DNA from: an uncultured Thermoleophilia bacterium
GTDB lineage: Bacteria; Actinomycetota; Thermoleophilia; UBA2241
Reading direction: 5' to 3'
Length of the DNA stretch: 62,220 nucleotides
NCBI GenBank assembly: GCA_903862845.1
Contig: CAIOZS010000112.1
Coordinates: 1 to 62,220 of the forward strand
Part shown: positions 1 to 9,625 of the stretch, in pieces
Layout: each line of letters opens with the position of its first letter
How positions within the stretch are numbered: the stretch's first letter is position 1
Notes under the pieces: model-generated
Seen by the model: only the letters and a program-made list of their open reading frames with translations
Told to the model about the DNA's origin: nothing
Database searches by the model: none
Translations under genes and position numbers: made by a program

Positions 1-303
1 ATGGCCGATCAGCTCACGGAGGACGCGGAGGTCCACGTGGCCGACGGTCGCCCCGAGGATGTTCACGATCCCTCGGCTGGGATGGCGCAGGCCGGCGGCG
101 ACATCGAGCACGGTGGACTTGCCGGCGCCGTTCGGGCCGAGGACGGCCCACTGCTCGCCGGCGCCGACTTCCCACGACACATCGGTGAGAATGGGCTGAC
201 GTCGGCGCAGGCGCTCGTCCCACTCCCAGACGGTGACGTCGGAGAGAGCGAGCGCAATTGGGGCGCCGGCATCGCCGGGAGCGCAAGCGGGCAGGCCGGC
301 CAT
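1..303 (-). CDS. ABC transporter ATP-binding protein (ModF/YlmA-like), partial, runs off the window
   Basis: Not in the ORF track. Manual translation from ATG 303: MAGLPAC...ILTDVSWEVGAGEQWAVLGPNGAGKSTVLDVAAG, containing Walker A GPNGAGKS. Confidence 0.85.
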   Translation of the reverse strand, partial: MAGLPACAPGDAGAPIALALSDVTVWEWDERLRRRQPILTDVSWEVGAGEQWAVLGPNGAGKSTVLDVAAGLRHPSRGIVNILGATVGHVDLRVLRELIGH

Positions 304-307
304 GCGT

Positions 308-1408
308 TCAGCCGAGGCGGGCGGCGCGCTCGCCGCGGACGCTCCGCCGCATCGCGGCGGAGGCCTCGGCGAGGGCGGCGCGCTCCTCGGCCACAAGACC
401 GACGCGGGCGCGCGCCCGGCCGGTCGGCTTCTCGCCTGTTCGCGTCTTCGGCCACGCACGGACGGCCGCCTCGACGCGGTCGCGGCCGCCGCCGGCGAAG
501 GCCTGCGCCAGCTCGGCGGCCACCGCCGCGTCGGGGCTCGCGGCCGCGAACTCGGCCGCCTCCAAAGCGTAGCCGTTGCCGTTGAAGCTCAGCGAGACGC
601 CGCCCCAGGCCTTGACGGCCGCGAGCGGCGGCGCGTCGGTGATCGAGTCGCCGACGTACATCACGCCGGCGCCGGCGACGCCCTGCGCGGCGACGATCTC
701 CAGCAGCGCGGCGAGCTTCATGCCCCCGCCCACGGGGCGCACGGCGGCCACCAGCGCGCCGCTCACGCGGCCGGTCATCTGCGTCCAGAAGAGGTCGTCC
801 AAGCGCGCTACCGTCACGGCATCGGCGGGCGCGAGATCGCCGGGCGCACGCGCCCCTTCGGGGATCTCGATGAGGCCGCGCTCCAGCACGCGGGCGGCTT
901 CGTCGCGCAGCCAGGCCTTCTCTTCCTCGGGCATCGCCCACGCGTCCAGGCTCATCTCCGTGCAGCGCACGTTGGCCGGAGGAAAGCCGGAGAGCCTGCA
1001 GAGCGCCTTGAGGTAGGGCGTGTACGAGGTCGAGATGATGAAGGCCGGCAGAAGCGCCGCGATGCCATGCAGCGCCTCGAGCGCCCCGGGCACCATGAGC
1101 ACGCCCTCGGCGCTGAACGCCTCAACGCCCTCGTCGGTGACCTCAAAGGCCTTGAGAAACGGCGGCAGCAGCCGCAACGTGTCGCCGGCGTTGTAGCCGG
1201 GCCTGCGCAGCACGTCGGCGAGGAAGTCGTCGTACCTGCTGAGCCGCGCGAAGAGCTCAGCGCCGCCCGGGATGAAGTGCGCGGCGATCTCCTGGGCGTT
1301 GTCGTTCTTGGTAAGCGGGCCCTCGCAGTCGGTCACGTAGGCGCGGCGCGGCGCCGGGCCGGCGCCGGCCGCGGCGCCGGCGGCAGGGCCGGGACTCCCC
1401 GCGCTCAT
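308..1408 (-). CDS. HAD-superfamily hydrolase-like protein (EhaR/COG4030-like)
   Basis: N-terminal TDCEGPLTKNDNA (HAD motif I variant) and MYVGDSITD (motif IV-like); ATGA overlap with the upstream gene. Confidence 0.7.
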   Translation of the reverse strand: MSAGSPGPAAGAAAGAGPAPRRAYVTDCEGPLTKNDNAQEIAAHFIPGGAELFARLSRYDDFLADVLRRPGYNAGDTLRLLPPFLKAFEVTDEGVEAFSAEGVLMVPGALEALHGIAALLPAFIISTSYTPYLKALCRLSGFPPANVRCTEMSLDAWAMPEEEKAWLRDEAARVLERGLIEIPEGARAPGDLAPADAVTVARLDDLFWTQMTGRVSGALVAAVRPVGGGMKLAALLEIVAAQGVAGAGVMYVGDSITDAPPLAAVKAWGGVSLSFNGNGYALEAAEFAAASPDAAVAAELAQAFAGGGRDRVEAAVRAWPKTRTGEKPTGRARARVGLVAEERAALAEASAAMRRSVRGERAARLG

Positions 1409-2214
1409 GGCCTCGCGACCTCCGCCTCGACCGGCTCGGTGAGGTCGAGGGGCAGGCGCGTAGATTCCGCGAACACCGCCCCCGCCGCGGTGTTGAGCTT
1501 GCCCTGCGCGAACTGGCAGAGAGTCTGGTACAGCAGGGGGATCTCGCGGACCTCGCCGCGCCGGCGGATCTCGGCGAACAGCGGCTCGCTCTCGCCCTCG
1601 GCGGCAGCGATCTCGGCGACGCTCATCGTCTTACGCTTCTCGCGGAACTGCGCCCAGAGAGGATCCCAGCCCGCGCCGCGCAGCGAGAAGCGGCAGAAGG
1701 CCACCACTGGGCCGCGGTCGAGCTGCGCGGTGCCGAGGTGGACCATCGCGCCCGTCTCGCCGGCCTCCTCCTCGAGCAGATCCCAGATGACCTTCTGCCA
1801 AGTCCCCGTGGGGCCGCCGGGTAGCGCCGGATGGAGGTTGAGGATGGCGAACTTGCGGCACATGGCCGGGCTGGCGATGAGCATGTACCCGGCCATCACG
1901 AGGAGGCCGAGCCGGTACGGCACCAGGAGGCCCATCACGCCGCGGTGGTACTCGTCGCGCCACTCGGTCCGCTCGACGCCGAGCGCCTGCGCCGCCTTCC
2001 AGCTCGCGGCGCTCGACAGCGCGATCAAAGGCAAGTCGAGGCGCTCCACGATCTGGATGAAACGGTCGCTCTCCGGTTCCTCCCCCGGCTCGCGATCGCA
2101 GAACACGGCGGCGATGTCGAGGGGGACGCCGTCCTGCTGGGCGCGCGCCACGACGTCGGCGAGGAGGTTGCAGGCCGCCTGGTCGCGACCGCTGGACAGC
2201 CAGCCGATCCTCAC
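1405..2214 (-). CDS. Divergent formyltransferase, PurN (GAR transformylase)-like
   Basis: GTG start at 2214 overlaps the pfkB stop; LLVMAGYMLI, ILNLHPALP, TGAMVH and LDRGP formyltransferase motifs; N-terminus GWLSSGRD differs from canonical PurN. Confidence 0.75.
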   Translation of the reverse strand: MRIGWLSSGRDQAACNLLADVVARAQQDGVPLDIAAVFCDREPGEEPESDRFIQIVERLDLPLIALSSAASWKAAQALGVERTEWRDEYHRGVMGLLVPYRLGLLVMAGYMLIASPAMCRKFAILNLHPALPGGPTGTWQKVIWDLLEEEAGETGAMVHLGTAQLDRGPVVAFCRFSLRGAGWDPLWAQFREKRKTMSVAEIAAAEGESEPLFAEIRRRGEVREIPLLYQTLCQFAQGKLNTAAGAVFAESTRLPLDLTEPVEAEVARP

Positions 2215-3215
2215 GCCGCGCCCCCTCGCGCCACGTGACCGTCTTCGCCGAGCTCCTCCGCCAGTCGCGACCGCCACGCCGCGGCGTCCGGGTACGTGCT
2301 GCGCCCGACGCCGGCGATGCCGCGACTGGCGGCCCACGCGGCGAGGCGCCCGGCGCCGGCGAGCCCGACCTGCTCGATCATGCCGGCGAAGAAGCCGGCG
2401 GCGAAGAGGTCGCCGGCGCCGGTAACGTCGACAACCTCGGCCGGTAGCGGCGGCACGTAGAGATCGACGCGGCGGCCGACGAGCCTGGCCCCTCGGCCGC
2501 CCATCTTGCAGACCACGAGGCCGACACCCGCATTGAGAAGGAAGTCCAGCGACTCCGGGAGCGAGAGGCCGCAGAGCATCTCGAGCTCCCTCTCTGTGGC
2601 GAACAGGTAGGCGCAGCGGTTGAGGATCGGCATGAAGCGCTTGACGCCCTTGCGCGCGTAGATCTCGCCGGGGTCGAAGGTGACCTCGGTGTCGGCCGGC
2701 AGGCGCTCGAGCAGCGCGAGCTGCGCCGCGAGCGGCCCATCGCCGACGAAGCTCGTGAAGTGGGCGAAGCGCGCCTTCGGGGTTCGCCTCGGCAGGTCGC
2801 CCGGCGCGAACGCGTCGTTGGCGGCCGGCCACACAAGGTTGCGGCGCTCGCCGTTCTCGTCGAGCAGCACGTACACGCGGCCGGTCTCGCCGGCGCGCGC
2901 CACCTGGCGCACCTCTGCCGGGGCGAGCTCTCTGAGAAGGTACAGACCGTCGTCGTCCGCGCCCACCCGCCCGACCATGGCGGCCCGGTAGCCCAGGCGC
3001 GCGAGCGCGTGGGCCGTGTTGGCCGCCTGCCCGCCGCCGGAGCGCGTGGGCGGGACGCGCGCGAGCGCTTCGTCGACGGCGCGGCGCACGTTGGCGTCCA
3101 TGAGCTGCTCGCTGCCGGGAGCACCGAGCTCGTCCCACAGCGAAAAGGAGCGCGGAAGGCGGTAGACCAGATCGACGTTCAGGGCGCCGCAGCCGATGAG
3201 GTCGAGCGACCTCAC
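2211..3215 (-). CDS. PfkB/ribokinase-family carbohydrate or nucleoside kinase
   Basis: GGQAANTAHALARLG (PfkB signature 1) and VVDVTGAGDLFAAGF (signature 2); GTGA overlap with purM. Confidence 0.9.
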   Translation of the reverse strand: MRSLDLIGCGALNVDLVYRLPRSFSLWDELGAPGSEQLMDANVRRAVDEALARVPPTRSGGGQAANTAHALARLGYRAAMVGRVGADDDGLYLLRELAPAEVRQVARAGETGRVYVLLDENGERRNLVWPAANDAFAPGDLPRRTPKARFAHFTSFVGDGPLAAQLALLERLPADTEVTFDPGEIYARKGVKRFMPILNRCAYLFATERELEMLCGLSLPESLDFLLNAGVGLVVCKMGGRGARLVGRRVDLYVPPLPAEVVDVTGAGDLFAAGFFAGMIEQVGLAGAGRLAAWAASRGIAGVGRSTYPDAAAWRSRLAEELGEDGHVARGGAA

Positions 3216-4291
3216 AGCTTGAGCTCGCCCCGATATCGCACCGCCGCGCCATCGCCGCGCGGCATCACTTCGCCAACCACGTGTGCCTCAAGCCCGGCCT
3301 TCTGGATCACGAGGATGTTCTTCTCGACGTGAGCCGGGTCCATTGCCACCACCATGCCGAGCCCGCAGTTGAACGTGTTCAGCATCTCCGCGGCCCTGAC
3401 GCCCAGAGAATGCAGCCAGCTGAAGACGGGCCCGGCAGGCCACGCGCCCAGGTCGATCTCTGCCGCCAGAGCGTCCGGAACGGCACGCCCGACGTTGTCG
3501 GGGAAGCCGCCGCCGGTGATGTGGGCGGCGGCGTGCACGCCGCCGGCATGCCCCAGGTCGTGCAGCACGGGGCTATAGATGATGGTGGGCAGAAGCAGAA
3601 CCTCGCCGACGGATGCCTTGGGGCCGGCGTGCACGCAGAAGGCCCCGCCCTCGCTGAGGAACTTGCTGTGCACGTCGATGGCATGCTCCTTCAGCAGATG
3701 CCGCACCAGGCTGAAACCGTTGGAGTGCAGGCCGCTGGAGCAGATGCCGACGAGCACGTCGCCGTCCGCAACGAGGTTCGGCCCCCACAGCTCGTCGCGC
3801 TCCGCAAGGCCGACGGCAAAGCCGGCCATGTCGAAGTCGCCGTCCGGAAACTGCCCGGGGTGCTCGGCGGTCTCGCCGCCGAGAAGCACGCACTGCGCCA
3901 GCCGACAGCCCTCGTCCACTCCGGCGACGATCTCGGCGACCTCCTCGGGCACGACCTTGCCGACCACGAGATAGTCGAGGAAGAACAGCGGAACGGCGCC
4001 ACAGGCCGACACGTCGTTGACGCTCATGGCGACCAGGTCGATGCCGATGGTGCCAAGTTTGCCCATGGCACGGGCGAGCTCGATCTTGGTACCCACGCCG
4101 TCGGTCCCGGCCACCAGTACCGGGTCTTTGAGCTTCGGCAGCCGCATCGCTCCGCCGAAGCCGCCGAGACCGCCGAGCACCAACGGGTGCTGCGTGCTCT
4201 TGAGCCGCTGCCTCATGAGGTCGACGGCGCGGTTGCCCGCCTCAACGTCGACGCCCGCCTTCTTGTACGTGAACCCCTGGTCGTCGCCCAT
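3212..4291 (-). CDS. purM: Phosphoribosylformylglycinamidine cyclo-ligase (AIR synthetase)
   Basis: TYKKAGVD, GTDGVGTK, GGETAEHPG, SSGLHSNGFSL, HITGGG, TFNCGLG motifs. Confidence 0.97.
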   Translation of the reverse strand: MGDDQGFTYKKAGVDVEAGNRAVDLMRQRLKSTQHPLVLGGLGGFGGAMRLPKLKDPVLVAGTDGVGTKIELARAMGKLGTIGIDLVAMSVNDVSACGAVPLFFLDYLVVGKVVPEEVAEIVAGVDEGCRLAQCVLLGGETAEHPGQFPDGDFDMAGFAVGLAERDELWGPNLVADGDVLVGICSSGLHSNGFSLVRHLLKEHAIDVHSKFLSEGGAFCVHAGPKASVGEVLLLPTIIYSPVLHDLGHAGGVHAAAHITGGGFPDNVGRAVPDALAAEIDLGAWPAGPVFSWLHSLGVRAAEMLNTFNCGLGMVVAMDPAHVEKNILVIQKAGLEAHVVGEVMPRGDGAAVRYRGELKL

Positions 4292-4378
4292 CGCGCTCCC
4301 CCGTCAGTGTGACGGTGCCAGTCTACGTCGCAGGTCACCTTCGCCGCCAGCAGCGAGGGAGAGCCCCCTCCGCGAGCG

Positions 4379-5857
4379 TCAGAGCAGCCGCGAGAACAGC
4401 CGGTACACGGAGTTGCGGAACCTGACCAGGCGGCCGAGCGCGAGGACGTCCTCCATCGTCACCAGCGCGCTGCCTGCGATGTCGCGCTCGTACTGCTCCG
4501 CGTAGCGCGTCGCGATGCCGTCGTCGTAGAAGACCGACACCACCTCATCGTGCAGAATGATGCTGCGGATGTCCCAGTTGCAGGTGCCGATGATCGCGAG
4601 CTGGTCGTCCACGGTCACCGTCTTGGCGTGCAAAAAGCCGGCCTTGTACTGGTAGACCCGTACCCCGGCGCGAAGGAGCTGCGGGTAGTAGGCCTGCGCG
4701 GCGTAGTACGGGATCTTCTTGTCGGGTACGCCGGTCATCATGAAGCGCACGTCCACGCCGCTCGCCGCCGCCGTGCACATCGCCGTGATCAGCGGCTCGT
4801 CGGGCACGAAGTAGGGCGACTGGATCCAGATGCGCCGTCTGGCGGTGAGAAGCGCCGTGATGAAGACGTCGCGGATCGTCTTGAAGGTGGTGCCGACGCT
4901 CGAGTAGAGCACCTGCACCGGCACGCCTTCATGGCGACCATGCTCGTGCGGCGCCGGCATGTAGTCCGTCGCAAGGTCCTCCGTGCCTCCGTTGAGCAGC
5001 CACGTGGCGGCGAAGAGCATCAGGTACGGCGCGACCACGGGGCCGGTCATGCGAAAGTGCGTGTCGCGCCAGACGGCGAAGCGCGGACCGCCGTCGATGT
5101 ACTCCTGACCCATGTTCATGCCGCCGCTGTAGACGACCTCGGCGTCGACGATCGCCATCTTCATGTGGTTGCGGTAGTTGATCTGCGGCAACCTCTTGTA
5201 GCAGGGGGCGACGGTGGCGCCGGCGACGGCAAGCCGCTTGAGCTCGTCCTTCTTGTACGTGATGCACGAGAGCCAATCGTAGAGGATGTGGACCTGGACG
5301 CCGGCGGCCAGGCGCTCGAGCAGGACGTCCGTGACCTGGGCGGTCAGCTCGTCCTGCTCCCAGATCAGGTACATGAGGTGGATGTAGCGCTGCGCCCCGG
5401 CCATGTCGGCGAGCAAGGCCGGGAACTTGTCCGCGCCGCGTGTGTATATCTCGACGCTGTCTGCCGGCAGCGGGACGGCGCCGCCCTCGGTGCGGCCGGT
5501 CGACTCGATGCGGGCACCGGCCGTGCCGGCCAGATCGGCGACCGCCGCCTCGGTGAAGGCGGTGTTGGCCGCCGTCACGGGTACCAACGACTTGTCCGCG
5601 ACGTTTTCCAGGCGGCGCAGAATCCGCGTGCGCCTGGGCGAATCGCGACGGAAGTTGCGCCCGATGAAGAAGTACGCCACCAGGCCCAGGATGGGGAGCA
5701 GGAGGACGACGAACAGCCAGGCGAGCACGGTGCTGGGGTCGCGGTCGTCGGTGGCCAGCACGACGACCACTCCGGCGAGCGCCAGCAGGAGGAGGACGTC
5801 GAGAACCCAGAACCCGAGGCTGGCGACGCTGAAGTTGAGGATGGCGACGGAGATCAC
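4379..5857 (-). CDS. cls: Cardiolipin synthase (phospholipase D family)
   Basis: Two N-terminal TM helices (PLDc_N-like) and two HKD motifs, NHMKMAIVD and HAKTVTVD; likely GTG start at 5857. Confidence 0.9.
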   Translation of the reverse strand: MISVAILNFSVASLGFWVLDVLLLLALAGVVVVLATDDRDPSTVLAWLFVVLLLPILGLVAYFFIGRNFRRDSPRRTRILRRLENVADKSLVPVTAANTAFTEAAVADLAGTAGARIESTGRTEGGAVPLPADSVEIYTRGADKFPALLADMAGAQRYIHLMYLIWEQDELTAQVTDVLLERLAAGVQVHILYDWLSCITYKKDELKRLAVAGATVAPCYKRLPQINYRNHMKMAIVDAEVVYSGGMNMGQEYIDGGPRFAVWRDTHFRMTGPVVAPYLMLFAATWLLNGGTEDLATDYMPAPHEHGRHEGVPVQVLYSSVGTTFKTIRDVFITALLTARRRIWIQSPYFVPDEPLITAMCTAAASGVDVRFMMTGVPDKKIPYYAAQAYYPQLLRAGVRVYQYKAGFLHAKTVTVDDQLAIIGTCNWDIRSIILHDEVVSVFYDDGIATRYAEQYERDIAGSALVTMEDVLALGRLVRFRNSVYRLFSRLL

Positions 5858-5864
5858 AACTCTC

Positions 5865-7298
5865 TCAGCTCTCGCAAGCCGCCGCCGTTCCCTTCTCGAA
5901 GCGCGTCTTGCACATTGCGTATTCGTCGGGCACGGCGATGGGGTAGTCGCCGTCGAAGCAGGCGCGGCAGAACTGGCTCTTGGGCAGGCCGGTGCTGTGC
6001 TGCAACCCCTCGAGCGTGAGGTAGTGGAGGCTGGTGGCGCCGACATGGTCACGCACCTCAGCGACCGTCTTGTTGGCGGCGATGAGCTCGGCGCGGGTAG
6101 CCATGTCGATGCCGTAGTAGCAGGGATACTGGATCGGCGGCGAGCTGATGCGCAGGTGGACCTCTTTCGCCCCCGCGCTGAACAGCATCTCGACGAGCTT
6201 GCTCGTGGTGTTGCCGCGCACGATCGAGTCGTCGACGACGACGAGCCGCTTGCCGCGGATCACGGCGCTCAGCGGATTGAGCTTCATGCGGATGCCGACC
6301 TGACGAAGCTGGTCGTCGGGCTGGATGAAGGTGCGGTGCACGTAGCGGTTCTTGATGAGGCCCTCGGCGTAGGGGATGCCGGAGGCTGAGGCGTAGCCGA
6401 TGGCGGCCGGCATGCCCGTGTCGGGCACCGGGATGACGAGGTCGGCCGCGACCGGCGCCTCAAGCGCCAGGTGCTTGCCCATCTCCTGGCGGACAAGGTG
6501 AAGCGTGCGCCCAACCATCGTGCTGTCGGGCCGCGCGAAGTAGATGAACTCGAAGATGCACAGTGCCGGGCGTGAGCCCTCGAGCTCCACGCGCGCGCTG
6601 CGCAGGCCGTGCTCCTTGTCGACGATGACGATCTCGCCGGGCTGGATCTCGCGGACGAAGTCGGCGCCGATGATGTCGAGCCCGGCGGTCTCGCTGCTGA
6701 TGACGACGTGTCCCTCGTAGCTGCCGAGGCAGAGTGGACGCACGCCGTAGGGGTCGCGGAAGCCGACCAGCGCGTCGCCCGAGGCGACCGTCGCCGAGAA
6801 GGCCCCGCGGATCTTGGCGACGGCGGTGCGCACGGCGCCGAGCAGGTCGCCCTCGGCCTCGTGGGCGATGAGCGCCGTGATGACCTCGGTGTCGGTGGTG
6901 CCGGCGAACTTCACGCCCTGGCCGATGAGCTCATCGCGCAGCTCTGTGGTGTTCACCAGGTTGCCGTTGTGGCCCAGGGCGATCACGTCGCCGTTGCGGC
7001 TGCGCACCAGCGGCTGCGAGTTCTGCCAGTGGCTCGAGCCGGTCGTTGAGTAGCGCACGTGGCCGATGGCGTGCTGGCCGCTGAGGCTCTGGAGCATCTG
7101 CTCGTTGAAGACCTGGCTCACCAGGCCGAGGTCCTTGATGACCGTGATCTGGCCGTCGTCGGCCACGGCGATGCCGGCGCTTTCTTGGCCGCGGTGCTGC
7201 AGGGCGTAGAGCCCGAAGAATGTGAGGCGCGCGACGTCGCGCCCCGGCGCATGGATGCCGAAGACACCACAGCTGTCATGGAGTCGATCGTCGTGCAC
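5865..7298 (-). CDS. purF: Amidophosphoribosyltransferase
   Basis: Propeptide then CGVFG; LQHRGQESAG, HVRYST, HNGN, VVDDSIVRGNT; C-terminal CRAC Fe-S ligands; start approximate. Confidence 0.97.
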   Translation of the reverse strand: MHDDRLHDSCGVFGIHAPGRDVARLTFFGLYALQHRGQESAGIAVADDGQITVIKDLGLVSQVFNEQMLQSLSGQHAIGHVRYSTTGSSHWQNSQPLVRSRNGDVIALGHNGNLVNTTELRDELIGQGVKFAGTTDTEVITALIAHEAEGDLLGAVRTAVAKIRGAFSATVASGDALVGFRDPYGVRPLCLGSYEGHVVISSETAGLDIIGADFVREIQPGEIVIVDKEHGLRSARVELEGSRPALCIFEFIYFARPDSTMVGRTLHLVRQEMGKHLALEAPVAADLVIPVPDTGMPAAIGYASASGIPYAEGLIKNRYVHRTFIQPDDQLRQVGIRMKLNPLSAVIRGKRLVVVDDSIVRGNTTSKLVEMLFSAGAKEVHLRISSPPIQYPCYYGIDMATRAELIAANKTVAEVRDHVGATSLHYLTLEGLQHSTGLPKSQFCRACFDGDYPIAVPDEYAMCKTRFEKGTAAACES

Positions 7299-7318
7299 GG
7301 CGCTCGTCCGGTCGCTCG

Positions 7319-9625
7319 TCAGAGCCGCTCCGGAAGCGACTCGTAAGCAGAATGGAGCTCGCCCACCGGGACGGTGAAGAGCTCCTTGCCCCCCATGGTA
7401 CACCTCAAGTCGGTGCCGGTCACCCGGCCGAGGACGCGGTGCGGCAGCCCGCCGAGCACCTCGTCGAGCGGGCCGAGCAGCTCCGCCGCGACGGTGACGA
7501 TCACGCGGGACGGCGCCTCGCCGAACAGGGCCAGGTCGGGCCGCTGCGCGGCGCCGGCGACCGCCGCGGCGGAGCCGAGAGCCACGTCGGCGCCCAGCCA
7601 GCGGCCGCTCCGGCCGCCGCGCGGCGCCTCCGGGTCCGCGAACTGCGCGCCGCCGTTTGAACCGCTGGCGATGCAGCACTCGGCCAGCGCTACGGCCAGG
7701 CCGCCCTCGGCACAGTCGTGGGCGCTCCTGAGGAGACGCGCCTCGATGGCCGCGCGGATCTTGCTCTGCAGCTCGACCTCGAGCTGCAGGTCCACGTCGG
7801 GCACGCGGCCCTCGACCTTGCCGTAGGCGATCTTCTGATACTCGCTGCCGTCGACCCAGGCGGCCTCGGCGCCGAGCAGCACGATTACGTCGCCTTCGTC
7901 CTTGAAGGCATCGTCGATGTGCACGCTGACATCCTCGTAGATGCCCAGCATGCCGATCATCGGCGTGGGGTAGATCGCCTGGCCGAAGCTCTCGTTGTAG
8001 AAGCTCACGTTGCCGCTGACGACCGGCGTATCGAGTGCCTCGCAGGCCTCGGCGATGCCCTCGACCGCCTGCTCGAACTGCCAGTAGATCTCACCCTTCT
8101 CGGGATTGCCGAAGTTGAGGCAGTCGGTGACCGCCACCGGCAGGGCGCCGGCGCAGGCCAGATTGCGCGCGGCTTCGGCGACCGCCGCCTTGGCGCCGCG
8201 ATAGGGATCGAGGTAGCAATGGCGGCCGTTGCAGTCGTTGCTGAAGGCGATGCCGCGCAGCGAGTCCTTGATGCGCAGCACGGCGGCGTCGCCGCCGGGG
8301 ATCTGCACGGTGTTGGCCTGCACAATGTAGTCGTACTGCTCGAACGCCCAGCGCTTGCTGGCGATGTTGGGCGCGGCCAGAAGCTGCGTGAGCGCCGCGC
8401 CCAGGTCATTCGGCGGCGGATAGCCCGCGTCATCCACGGCGACGGGCTCGTCGACGATGTAGTCCGGCTTCACGGACGGCGTGCGGATGACCGGGCTCTC
8501 GTCCGCCAGGCGCCGCGCAGGGATGTCGGCGACGCGTTCGCCGTGCCACCAGATGCGCAGCATCTTGCTGTCGGTGACCGCGCCGATCACGGTGCAGTCG
8601 AGGTCCCAGCGCTCGCAGACCTCGCGCACGTCGGCGATCTGCTGCTCAGTGACGATCGCCAGCATGCGCTCCTGGCTCTCGCTGATCATGATCTCCCAGG
8701 GCTCCATGTCGGCCTCGCGCAGGGGCACGCGGTCGGCGTGGATGTCGAGGCCGACGAAGCCCTTGCTCGACATCTCGCTGCTCGAGCTGGTGAGGCCGGC
8801 GGCGCCCAGGTCCTGCATGCTCACCACAAGCTTGCGGTGGATGAGCTCGAGGCAGGCCTCGATGAGCTTCTTCTCGGTGAATGGGTCGCCGACCTGGACG
8901 CTGGGGCGCTTTTCCTCGAGCGTCTCGTCGAACTCCTGGCTGGCGAGCACACTGGCGCCGCCGATGCCGTCGCGGCCGGTCTTGGAGCCGATGAGCACGA
9001 CGTGGTTGCCGACGCCGCTGGCGATAGCGCGCACGATGCCGTCGGTGCGGATCATGCCGGCGCTCATGGCGTTGACCAGGCAGTTGCCCTCGTAGCTGGG
9101 CTCGAAGTAGATCTCGCCGCCGATGGTGGGGATGCCGAGGCAGTTGCCGTAGTGGGCGATTCCGCCGACGACGCCGTCGAGCAGGAAGCGCTGGCGCGGC
9201 TCGGTGAGCTCGCCGAAGCGCAATGAATCCATGCTCACGCACGGCCGCGCGCCCATCGTGAAGATGTCGCGGACGATGCCGCCCACGCCGGTGGCGGCGC
9301 CCTGAAAGGGCTCGACCGCCGACGGGTGATTGTGGCTCTCGACCTTCATGGCCACGGCCCAGCCGTCGCCGACATCGATGATGCCGGCGTTCTCGCCGGG
9401 GCCCTGCAGGATGCGCGGCCCGCTGGTGGGGAAGCGCCCGAGGATGGGTCGCGAGTGCTTGTAGCTGCAGTGCTCGCTCCACATGAGCGAGTAGATGGCG
9501 AGCTCGACATACGTCGGCTCGCCGCCTTGGATCTTGCAGATGTGCGCGTACTCGTCCGCTGTGAGGCCGAGCTTGACGGCGGCCTCCACGTCGGCACGCC
9601 GGTTCACGTACTGCTCACCGCTCAT
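7319..9625 (-). CDS. purL: FGAM synthase subunit PurL (small form)
   Basis: MWSEHCSYK, KVESHNHPS, GAATGVGG, DLGAAGL, SESQERM, DCLNFGNPE. Confidence 0.97.
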   Translation of the reverse strand: MSGEQYVNRRADVEAAVKLGLTADEYAHICKIQGGEPTYVELAIYSLMWSEHCSYKHSRPILGRFPTSGPRILQGPGENAGIIDVGDGWAVAMKVESHNHPSAVEPFQGAATGVGGIVRDIFTMGARPCVSMDSLRFGELTEPRQRFLLDGVVGGIAHYGNCLGIPTIGGEIYFEPSYEGNCLVNAMSAGMIRTDGIVRAIASGVGNHVVLIGSKTGRDGIGGASVLASQEFDETLEEKRPSVQVGDPFTEKKLIEACLELIHRKLVVSMQDLGAAGLTSSSSEMSSKGFVGLDIHADRVPLREADMEPWEIMISESQERMLAIVTEQQIADVREVCERWDLDCTVIGAVTDSKMLRIWWHGERVADIPARRLADESPVIRTPSVKPDYIVDEPVAVDDAGYPPPNDLGAALTQLLAAPNIASKRWAFEQYDYIVQANTVQIPGGDAAVLRIKDSLRGIAFSNDCNGRHCYLDPYRGAKAAVAEAARNLACAGALPVAVTDCLNFGNPEKGEIYWQFEQAVEGIAEACEALDTPVVSGNVSFYNESFGQAIYPTPMIGMLGIYEDVSVHIDDAFKDEGDVIVLLGAEAAWVDGSEYQKIAYGKVEGRVPDVDLQLEVELQSKIRAAIEARLLRSAHDCAEGGLAVALAECCIASGSNGGAQFADPEAPRGGRSGRWLGADVALGSAAAVAGAAQRPDLALFGEAPSRVIVTVAAELLGPLDEVLGGLPHRVLGRVTGTDLRCTMGGKELFTVPVGELHSAYESLPERL

